From a virus, in the IMG/VR virus record IMGVR_UViG_3300000547_000002, positions 15,181 to 79,180 of that record: a stretch of DNA of 64,000 nt; one strand, written 5' to 3'. Every line of letters begins with the position of its first letter. Position 1 is the stretch's first letter. Shown piece after piece: positions 31,601 through 43,600 of this stretch. The translations under genes and the position numbers were made by a program. Under the pieces are notes generated by a model. The model worked only from the letters and a program-made list of their open reading frames with translations, had not been told where the DNA came from and did not search any database.

Positions 31601-34600
31601 ACTCTATAGATGTTATAAACTACATTTGCTTCTAGAGGTTGTGAAAGCTCAACGGTAATTGTGCTTCCGTCTAGGTTGATAATTTCATCTTCAAAGTCTG
31701 TGTCAAACACATCCCACGGTTGAGCAAACCAACCCTGACTATCCCAACCAGTCTGTCCTGAAAAATCAAAACCAGTGATTTCTACACCACCGTAATCCAC
31801 ACCGTACATTAATTGGCCGAGATATTTTCCTAGATCGCCTTCCTTGGGATCGTATTCAAAGTTTATTCTGTCTGCGGCTTTGAGAATATCCAGTGCCTTT
31901 CTGTATTCTATGCGAATTTCTGTGCCCGCAGCAGGGGCAGGATCTATAACAACTCTGCCCAATGATCTTTCATAGGTTTTAGAATTATCTACGACATTTT
32001 CGTATGAATATGTGCCTCTTGGAACTGGAGCATTGTCAATGAACACAGATACTCTGTCGCTTCTTAAATCCATTGGCCACTTGAGATCGAACTCCTGTCT
32101 AAATCCACTACCTGTAAATGTTTCTGTGGTGTCTAGTGACACAAATTCGAAGTTGCCGCTTGTTCTGTCGAACTTGATTTTCACAGAAGCAGTTCTTACA
32201 GGATTATCGCCTATTCTAGCAACTGCTCTTGCTGGTGTTCCGCCTTCTTCTATTGATCCTATAATATTGACCTGAGGACTTGACAGATAGCCTGATCCCT
32301 GTGTTACAATAGAAATTTGACTTACGGTGCCGCCTGCGCCGAGAGACGCTTGAGCCGTTGCTCCTGTGCCCCCGCCGCCGGTGATTTCTACGACTGGTCT
32401 ATTCGTGTATCCCTGTCCAGAATCTACTACGTCTATTTCTATAACACGATGTGTGAAATTTTCGATCCAGTTAGAATAAGGATCCTGGACAATATCACCG
32501 TCGCTTGTTACAACTTCGTTGTTTCTAACAACGGTTTTGAATGGAAGAATTTTCTGTTCGCTTTCTACGAAACGCGGAGGTAAATCAAAGTCTGTGACAA
32601 CGGTTTCCGTGTTATCTCTGTTGTCATAAGTAGAAAGATACTCTCTTACCTTTGTCTTATAAGGTTTTACTTCTTTCACATACTCTTCATATGACGCTAG
32701 ATTATCATTGGAGAATGTAAGTTTCTGTTCTAGTTCTCCTACATTGTGCTGTGCTTTTACAAAACTGGTCTTGAACGCCCAATCTACAAAATTCTGTTCC
32801 GCAAACACATATCTAAGGCTAGCAAAGAATAAGCCATTGTATTCACCTGCTAGGTCATCTACCAAAATGTCGTCTCTAACTGTTTCGAGAATTTTTCTAG
32901 TTTCTGTTGTAGGTAGAGCATCAAAATTAACACCGTCAAACGCAGTAACGTCATAGCCTGTTAGGTTTCTCGCTGTGTCATATAGCCTTGGCAGAATTTG
33001 TATGGTTCCATTTTCTCTACCAATAGTCTTATAATTTTGAGTATAGTCTATAAAGTCATTGTCTGCGATTTTTTCTAACAGCAACCAGCCGCCGCTGTTA
33101 ATATTCTTGATTTTTACAATGTCGCCAATTACATCATTTAGACCAAACAGCTCGTAGGAAGAATCTATAAGGAAGCTAATGCCTGTGTTAGCATTATATC
33201 CTGCAGCATACCAATCTTGATATTCCCAATACTTTGTTACGTCATAGGCTTGGCTTGATATACGTATCCAGTCAGTGTTATCTCGATTTCTCTGATAGAT
33301 TGCCCATTTTCCGTCAATCGTAGAATCGTTTTCTACCAGCACAGCAAAAGGTCTCACAAGAATTGTAGTAGCATCATTGTAGTATTCGCCTTCTGATACA
33401 ATTTCTACAGATACTATTCTACCTTGTGTGTCTATTTCTAATTCTAATTCTGCGCCAGTGCCTGTGCCTATGATTTCGATTGTAGGAGGTCTCTGATAGG
33501 ATCTGCCAGCATCAACTATATCTACATCTACGATTCTGCCGTTATCGATTACAGGTTTAAGAACGGCAGGTCTTGCTCTTGTAATGCCAATAAATTCTAG
33601 ATCTATTTCAGTTTCTACTGTTCTGTCGTATCTGTTTGACACAATTGACGGTTTAGGATCCGTATCTAATAAACCAGAAATGTCCTTTTCGTCTATTATG
33701 AGATTGTCAATTAGCACTCTGTTGAGTCTTTCGACAAATTGTTTTAGTGCTTCTATTCTATTCACAAACCAACTCTGTCTTGGTCTGTTTAGAATACCGT
33801 ATTTCTGTTTTGGATTTAGAGCAGGGTCAGGAACAGGGCGTCTTGCTTGATCAAATCCTACCAAACTATCGAACCACTTTGCTTCTACGTCTTGGTTTGG
33901 CCTGCTGGATTCAAGATTTTCTGTTAGTATCTGATATTGATTATGAACATTAGCATCTTGATTTTCAATAGTGTAGTATTGAACGCCAAGAGCAACATCT
34001 TGATTTTTGAATAGAGAATTGCTGTTATAGATTGCGAATTCATCCTTGCTTATAAACGCAGCAAATCTGTAGCCTTGACCTGCTGGATCTGAAATTAATT
34101 GAGCAATATCTCTTGCGGAGAGGTTGCGATTTTCTACGACAGGAACCGTGCTCTTGTTTCTTACCCAATAGTAGTATCTGTTACTGAAAGTGTTTGTAAC
34201 TTCGTTATACACTCTCTTTGTGACATATCCGTTATCACCATATCGTGTGGTGCCTGTGATCCCTTGTGTGAATCCCTGTTCTGTTCCTGATCTTGAATCC
34301 CATTCTGACGGAAGCAGTGCGGATTCTACCCATTCATAGACATCAATGGAGTTAGAATCGGAGAATAACGTGTTCCAATTATTTGCAGAGTAAGTTACGG
34401 TTCCTTGATATGGATTTAGGAATCTCGCATTGGAGAGATCCCACCATACTTTTCCTACCTGTCTTGCTCCCCAGCTATTTGTTTTATTAATGTTGCCTTG
34501 AGTGCCGTCTGTGTAAGTAGCAGGATCTTGATACATTTTGAAATCTATTTCTTGATCTGCTACTCCGGCAACTTTTCCTTGTAGAGGATCAATGTAATCA

Positions 34601-37600
34601 AGGTATTCTATTAGTTGATTGGTTTTTGTATTGTAAAGAATTACCTGTTTGATTTTATCGACATCTATCGTAGGTTTAATCTGTTTCTTAATGCTCCAGA
34701 AATTGTCTTCGCTGTCTTTTTTATATTCAATCAAAACGCCTTCTGCGCGATCTGTTGATAGTTTTGGCAGAGACGCATATAAAACTTCATTGGCAAGTAA
34801 AATATTTTCACCGAAGAATCTTACGCCTCTGTCGTAATCAACGGTTTGGAAATATAGCGCAGTGTTATCCTCAATCTGATAAAGTCTTACGGTTCCTGTG
34901 TTTTCGGTTTGATCCACAAACATTGTAAATTGCTTATCGAAAGTAGTAGTTTGATTGTCAAAGGTAGTAACAGCAGAAGCATTTGAATTTTTAGAAGTTA
35001 TTGCGAGAATTGTGTCTGAAAATTCTACACGTGTTCCAAACTGCTCTCCGATCGCCTCTGTAGGTCCTACAAGTGTTTGAATAAGTTCGAAAACGCCGGA
35101 TATCTGTTGATACACATACACCTTGCCTTGATCGATATTGCCTTCACTATTCCTTGGAGCACCAACAGCAATAAATCTGCCGTCTGGCGTTATCGAAACT
35201 GAAATTCCATAGTCTTGATCTGCTAGGTCAGGCTGAATTGTTTGATCGAGAATGTAGAATTCGTTTAGATTTCTATAAACTAGAACGGTGTCTTTGTCGT
35301 CGTATCTTGCGGACAACGCAATAATTTCTCCATTACGAGATACAGCATAATCTCTCGCAAATTCTACAAGGCCGGCGGCATCAAGAACGGAGATATCTGC
35401 GTTGTCTAACACCAATCCCGAATCATTTGGTATGTAGCCTAGATAGTCTACGGGCGTTGTAATTAATTCCCATTCTGTTTCGTCAAATGGTTTAGGAATC
35501 ACATTGGTGACTGCTCGATAGAGTTTGTCATTGCGAAATACAACATCGCCTTCTGAATAAATTATATCGTCAGTTGCGGCAGTTTCTACATATTCTCCTG
35601 CGTAGTTTTTATCTATACAGAGTTCCCAATCATAGAAGAATCCATTAGAATCGCCTCGTTTAAAGGAGTAAATTTTTCCGTATTCTTGGTTTTGTGACGC
35701 TACGGATTCGTCTGCTTTTACAAATATTTTTTCTAAACCGTTTATTGTGGCAGATTCTATTTGACTACCTAGCTGGTTGTCGGTCTTTCTATCTGGTACG
35801 ATTAGGTTTTTGTAGTTTGTCCATTCTACCTTGCCCGTTCTTTCAAACACAGACACAACGCCTTCGTTTGATAAACCACTTGGATCACCGCCCGCACTGG
35901 CTTCTACTGAAAATACCTTGTCCCAGTCCGCATTTATAACACTGGGAACATTCGCAGGACGAGTAGATCCTAGTACGGTTTCTTCTCTATAAAACCAATA
36001 TTCTGCTTCTAGCAGTCTTGGGTTTTGAATGTCTTCTAGTAGAACAGGTGTTTGTTTTTTAAACACTAGCATCTTGCCTATTCCGAAATCGTCGTTAGGG
36101 AATGATCTTCTGTCTAGCTGGCCTATTGTTCTAAAGCCAGAGTCGGGATCATAGAAATCGTCACCTGATCCGTCTGCGAGGAAGTTTATTGTTCTATTTT
36201 CACCGAAATCTCTGCCAAGACCCCAGTCGCCTTGTATGTTTCGAATGTATATTCTAGCATCGTCGTTGTTGAATTTCTGATAGAATAGAACTTCTGCTGT
36301 TCCTAGTCCTTCCGCATCTTGAATTATTTGCGGGATTGGCTGTTCTGTGACCGGGTCTAACTGAACAAATTCGGAAAAGATGTCATAGGGCTCTACTACT
36401 CTGCCGGATTCAAAGCCGAGAATTGTAATGTCAATGTAGCCATCCCATACATATTCTATTGTGTGTCTCTTATTGACATCGGCAACTGAAAGACCTGTGT
36501 CTGTGATATCTTTGATTACACCATTTTCGTAGCTGGGAACAGGATTGTAAAATAGATCAATTTCGTCACCTGGGGCAACACGATCTGATATAGATTTCGG
36601 TGCCCTAACTACAAATAAGTCACTTTCCAGTTGAAAGTTTGCCTGATCGTATGGTCCAGGAAGGCCTTCATAACTTAATGTCGTAATTTCGCTGTATCTA
36701 TCATCGGGCCCTGAATTCGCAGGCGGTTCAAAATTTAATACGTTTTCGTAGAATCTGTTTTGATTGGTTTCTCCTTGAGGGACAAAATCATAGATTACTA
36801 ATCCTCTGCCTGTGTCGCTGTTTTTTCCATTTACTTCGTAGTTTTGCGCAACATCTATCTTCCAAAAGCCACCAAAGGCATCTGAAAAATCTGCGGTGTT
36901 TTCTACAGGCTCTACTTTTTCGTATTGACCAATAAATTCACCAATGCCTGTAATAGCAGTGCCTTCTATGTCAAAGTCACCGTTTTGATCTTTGATATAG
37001 ATACTCAAGGCAGAACCAATATTATAAACATAGGCAATTGTTCCTACTGCGTTTGCTGTTTCAATTGTCTGTCCTGCTTCCGGAATTGCTGTGGCATTAG
37101 GAATAGAAAGAACGGTTTCTATCTTATCGGAGATTGTAAGTAATCCTGTAAGATTAGAGTCATCGAAATTTGCTAAATCGCCGTTGAAAGGCTGACGTTC
37201 TGTTAATAGTGTTTGATCTTGATAGGCATATGATAGTGTGTTCCATTCTGCCTTTATTTGATCTCCCACAGAAGAGCCCTGATACTGGTCCAAAGGTGCT
37301 CTTATAAGGAAATGGTCTGCTATGTTTTGTTCGTCTGGGTCGGCGCCAACTGAAACAAGCGGATAATTACCAGCTAGAACGACTTCTACTTGCTCGTCGT
37401 TTTCACCTGTTAATCCTTTTTCAATGAGATTTTGTAGATAGGAATTCCATGATCCTAGAGGCACACTTTCCAAAAATCTCTGAATAGGTGCGGTAGCACG
37501 CCATAGGTTGTCTCGCAGCCTTACAACATCGCCTATAGCATAGTCTCTGTTTTCGTCGAAGTCTCCTTGATATAGACTGGCAACGTTAGAGGCACCCGGA

Positions 37601-40600
37601 GCACCCACAACGATCCATCTACCGTCTTGCGATACTGCTACAGAAGATCCGAAACGAGATCCCGAGTCCGCTATACCTGTTTGAAGAACAAGTGTTTGTG
37701 CCAGTTTGTAATTGCCTGAAGCACTTGCTCTTACATATACAAAAACCTTGCCATCTTCGTCGTTGGGGCTGCCTACAACAAGAACGGTGTTTCTAGAATC
37801 TACAGCAAACGATGTGCCAAAAGACTCCGGAACAGAATTCGGGTTGTTTATTTCTTCTGATTCTACGAGAGAACTTGACCTTTCGAGAACCTTCCATCGG
37901 TTGTTCAAGTCTTTATCTAGGTAGAGTTCGGAAAGACCGTTTTCTATTTCGTTGATAGCACGATTAACGTCTCTTGCGGATTCAAACCTAGAAGAAATCA
38001 ATTTGTTAATAGCAGCATAATTTTCTTGAATTTCAAGATTGTTTGGTCCAGAAACGTAAACTTCGTTGGAAACTATGTCTTCTATCTTGTAAAAACCGTC
38101 CTGTGTTGTGTAGTCTAGACTTATGATTTCACCTATTTCTAGATCAAAAATTCCTGTTGAAATTTCTAAAACAAATTGACTGCCTGATTCTATGATGGAT
38201 TCAACCGTGATGTCCGAATTTAAGAGAGTGTATACATCCCAATCCTGTTCTAGGTTTCCTACCCATACGGTAGATCCTAGAGTTGCTTGATTGTAGTCAA
38301 TGTCTAAAATATCATCGTATGTGTCTACTCTAAAGTCAACATCTTCTTCTGCGACATAACCGCTGTCTTGAACATAGCCTTTCGTCACAAATTTCGACAC
38401 AGGAATAGAGTGTGTGTAATTTTCTGGTTTGAGATAGACTTCTCCGGGAAGCAGTTTGATTACCCTGCCTGTGTAATCTGCGTCAACTGAATCAACCAAT
38501 TCAAATGTTTGAGGATCGGTAGAAACTTGAGTTTCGTCTACGACAAATTCTACTTCTTCAAAACCATCTACGGCACCATATTGGCCTACTTTGATTGCCC
38601 ACTCTTCGAAAAACTCAAGGCTTTCTCGATCCTGCGAACCAAGCGGGTCAAAAAGTTTTGTTAGAGCATTACGTGTGCCTTTGTCTTGAATAAATCCTTG
38701 ATAGAATTTGTATTGACTTACGTCATCGTTTATAATATTAGCAAGATAGTCTCTATTTTGATAGCCTATTAGATGCTGCGCAAATTTTTGCTGTTCCGCA
38801 TCAAAATTGTCTGTATCAAGATCATAGAAATCCGCAAATTGATTTGTCTTGTAATCAAAATTTGGTAACAGTCTTGATTCTGGCCTTTCGTCCAGCAACT
38901 GCCAATCATCTGCATTAAACACTGCTGCGCCAGGAATTCTGTTTTTCGCAGCATAGAAAAATTCTTTGTATTTTACAAGGTCGCCTATCGCATAATCTCT
39001 CCAAGGCTGCCATTCTGTGACTCTCGCATCATCAAACACAAATCCAGGTATGTTGAGAGAGCCGTTCCACTCTGTAGTTCTATAACCCAGAGCCTTGATT
39101 CTTTCTTGCCTAAAGCCCGGTCCTTGGTCGTATATTATATCGCCGAAGTCGGTTCTGTTGTCTATAATAACAGCGTGTTCTTTCTGTATAAGGCTGATTC
39201 TTACACCAAAAATACCATCTTCTGTTGCTCTAGTTCTTATTCTAAATTCGTTTTCGTTTTCTCGAGTAAGAGCAACGTATCGAGGCTCTAAAGGCTTACC
39301 ATCTACCTTGAATAGGCTATACCCATAAAATGTATCATAGATATCACCTACCATGGCATTTTCTGGTCTAAATCTCAATTCGAAAGCGCCTGGTGATAGA
39401 GAAATTACAGAACCTTCACTCCAGTTTTGTAATGTCCAGAACGCAAATTCTTTCGCTGCTGTCTGCCAGTCTGCTACAAAACCGTTTTCTGCTTCATAGT
39501 AATCAAACACAAATCCCTTTGCTTCTAGCCAATCTCCGTAGCCTAGCAGAAAGTCTACTACTTCCTGTATGTTTTCTATTACCGTGCCGTATTTGATGGT
39601 TCGTTCTTGTGATCTGTCGAACTGCGTGCGGATTACGATGTCTCTACCGCCTTCTCTAGGCACTTCTGGCAGTTGAACAAACTTGTCTGCGTCAAATTGT
39701 GTGGAAGTTGTATGTGATTCAAGTGTTCTATAGAATCTTGACTGAAATACTACAACCGCACCTTTGGAAATAAATTTTCTCTCATCCCACTCAATAGTTG
39801 CTTCGCTTACACCGCCTACATTTATCGTAGAGTCTGATTGTTTTTCTATGTAGCTGTAGTAAGTGAATACAGGATTGTATTCATCGTAGCCTCTTATAAT
39901 AAAGCCGCTTGGTATTTTTTCTATGTAAACACCGCTATAAAAAATATTCCGTATCGGTGTGCTTGTGTTAAGAAATATCTGATAGTTTTCCTCTGGAACA
40001 AAAACATTTCCCTGATTGAGAGGAGTTCTGCTGTCAAGCAAGAGTTTTAATTTTTCTTTGTTAGAAAATCCTGCCAGTTTGAATCCCAGTTGAACTTCTA
40101 GACTTTTTAGTTCCTGTTGATATGTTTCATAGGCCTGATCTGAATCTATGTAATCTCTTATCCAATTTACCAGGCCAGAAGTTAAAACAATATCTTCGTC
40201 GGTTTGTCTATTTGGGAATTTAAGTGCGGATAGCGTCAATTGTCTATTAGCAGCTTCATAGGATAGTTCGTCTATACCTGTGCGGAACGTTCTACTTCTA
40301 TCAAACGCAGTAGCAAAAACTCTGTTTGGCTGATTTTGAATTAACGCAGATATAAGAGCAAAAGGATATTCTGAACTCCTTCTCCACGCAGTTTCTACAG
40401 GAGATTCGTCGCCAAATTGAAATCTATTGTCTAGTTCATAGCTGTTGTAGGTTTTTACATAGTTGGTTTTAAGCGGCGGAAGCAGTTGTCCCGCAGCATC
40501 TACAGGAACAAAAGCAGAAAGACCCGGTCTCGCATACTTGGGGGCAAATTCTATGTTTTCGTCAGGCTTTCTAATTATACCTCGTTCCAGATCTTCCCAT

Positions 40601-43600
40601 AATATCAAATTGTTTCTTGTGTAAGGAGCAGGTCCGTAGGTCTGTTCCCACCACTCTGGTTTTTCTGAATAGCCGAGCATTTCCCAGGGATGCGTGTGAG
40701 GTCTGTCTGTGTCGTAGAGGTTCTTGTAAATCCTTCTCCAATAGCCCCTTATAACTTCGTCTCGAATTGATCCTGTGCCTGTATAATTGTAGGTGAACGA
40801 ATTAGTTCTTTCGTAGAAGTTATTTTCGGTGTAATCTGCTTCTACGAGATTTGTCCAGGAAATAAAATCTGGCAGTATAGAATCGTCTATTTGGTCTTTG
40901 GTTAGTCCAGTAGATCTAAATTCTGACGGCACATAATCGTTTATGTCAAATATATTAGGATCATAGGCGATTTTTATATTATTATAGATCCTTTTTTCTA
41001 ATTCAAGTAGTAGATCGTCTCTGAAGTCGCCGTATGCTTTTGTAATACTGCCGTCGTGGCCTTGTATAACTTCTCTGGGCTCTAGATAGGTGTCATCTAC
41101 AAACTTCTCTGGCTTAAACAGAGGATACAAACCCAGTTTTGTAGGCGTGGCAGGAACAAAACTGCCGTTTGTAGTTTCATATTCGTAGATCGTGATTGTG
41201 TCTCCTACTGATGGAGATTCTGTTAATTGGACAAAATTTTCCTCTGTAATTGTGTAATCATAGCCTATGAGCAGTTGTTGTTGATTTTTATAAACTAGAA
41301 CGGATTTTGAACTTAGCACATTAGGATCAAACGGTTGAGACAGCGCAAAAAATACTTCGCCATCAAACGTAATTCTTGATTCGCTTATTTCGGCAGCTCC
41401 GTATGCTAACATGTCTGTTTGGAAAAACTCGCTCTGCCTTGTTTTGTTAGCAGCGTATTCACGCATTACTTGATTAAAATGCTTAGTAGTAGGCCCTTCA
41501 AAGCCCAGTCTTGTAGCAATTTCTACAAATTCTCTTTTAAACTTGCTGTATGCGTTTTTGGAATATCTAATTGCTTGGATAATGTTAGCAGGATTTCGAT
41601 CCAAATGATATAACGCAAGACTCAAAGGCGCAGAGTGTTTTACTATTCTTTTGCCAAATTGAGAAACCGTGCCTTGGTCTCGTAGATTGCTTACTCCAGG
41701 AAACGCTCCTTCGAATTCGTCTATTTCGCTTACTATCGTTTGAACATGATCATTTATTTCACCAAGGGTAATAAATTCGAAATTTTCGTTTTGAGGATTT
41801 CTTTCGAGATTTGAAGGTATTTCATACAGGCCGTTTTGGTTTTTCGGCTGGCTTGATTTTGTTTTTATTAACACTACATCTTCGTTGTCCAAAGTTCTTT
41901 GAAATTGTATTTGAAGTGTGTTGTTAGAACCCGTGACAAATTCGTAATCTCTATTTTGAAATTGTAGAGCGTTATTAACAAAAACCTTTACATACAAATC
42001 GTCAATTAGCGCAGATTCGTCATAGACGTCGATAGGGAATGTGGTATTGGAATTCGCTACTACAAATTGTCTTACGACAGGCTGTGTGCTTAATTCAAAA
42101 CCTTTCTTCCAACCGTTATACCATACAAAATTCGTTCTTGAAACAAACTTTTTAAGAAAACCAAGGTCTGTCTGTTCCTCTAAAACTTGTAAATTGTCTG
42201 GACAAAAAGTTATGCTGTCTTGTAAAAGATCAAACCTAAACAGAATGTCACCGATATTTCTTATATTTCTATAGTTTAGGCGAATTCCCAGTTCTGGGTC
42301 TATAGGAGAATTGCCCATGCTATAGGAAAAAATTCTAGTTCCTTGAAAGTCGCTGGAAGGATATACTTCTCGGTCAGCAAGGCTGTCTCCGTCGCAGTTG
42401 AATACGTCAAATAGAGGAGGTTGATTTACACTTTCTTTCTGCTGTGATAGACTCCATGTGTCGCCGTCATAACTTAAAATTTTACCTCTGTAGGTTCTGC
42501 CCTGTAGGCAAAGCACGGTTTGATCTATCAAAGGCTCTGCGTCTTCTGCTTCTACGAGAGCTATCTGTCTTTCACCTTTGAACGTAATAAACGAAACTTG
42601 AAAAGTTTTATTAGATACAAACGTGTCAGGATCGGCTGTGAATAACACTCTCATGCCTTCTACTAGATTTACACCATCTACAGAATAGCCGGTGCTTCCT
42701 TCTATAGTAGAAAACACGTCTTTGGTAAAATCATCTACAAGATCAACTGCCTGTTTTTTTGCTGTGCCAAAGTTAAAAAGTTTTAGACCTGCTTCAAATT
42801 CAATTATAGGTCTTGTTGCTCTTTGGTTTTGGTCTATAACCAATTCTGTGTTGTTGATTCGAGCGGCGGTTTCTATGATGTCTCTGTGAGTCCAGCGATT
42901 GTATTTGGACCAAAGGTTTCCGTCGCCGCTTGCTCTGTTAATTGTAAAGTAGTCTTTTTCTCTAGCAAAACCTATCGCTGTAGAATAGGGAGTTGTATCG
43001 TAGGCTTCTGTGTCGAATTCTATGATTTCATTCTGTAAAAAGTCTGTAGGCGTAGTCAGTTCTGCTTCGGGAACAAGAGCAATTTCTTCGCCTACACCTT
43101 CCACATAATAATAGCCTTCTTGATAGAATTCTGGCGAAGTCTTACCTTGGAAGAAGATTTTCATTCCATTTGAAAGATCAAAGTTTTGACCTGTTCTATA
43201 GGTCTTCTTTCCTATGATTTCTTTTTCTACGTCTATGAAACTTGCTTCTTCGAGATCGTATATTCTAATTAGGCCGCCAGCATTTATATCTACGTCACTT
43301 ACATAGTAGATAAAATCAGGAGAATTTTCGTCCAGCGTAAATTCAACCGTGCCTTGTTCTACGCCTTGGACGGGTATTGTTCTAGAAAGATTGAGATCTT
43401 CGTTGTTATCCCATTTGTCTGCGTCTTTTTCGAATTCGTCGTCGGATCTATGATCTTGAGTAGCAATGTAGATTTTTGAATCTACAAGAACGGTTTCGCC
43501 AGTTGAGTATGATGTAAATGGCGTCCAGGCTCGAGCTGTTAAGCGCTCTGTTCTAAAGCTGATAGGAACACCAGGTGAATCTATTACAAAACGATATGCT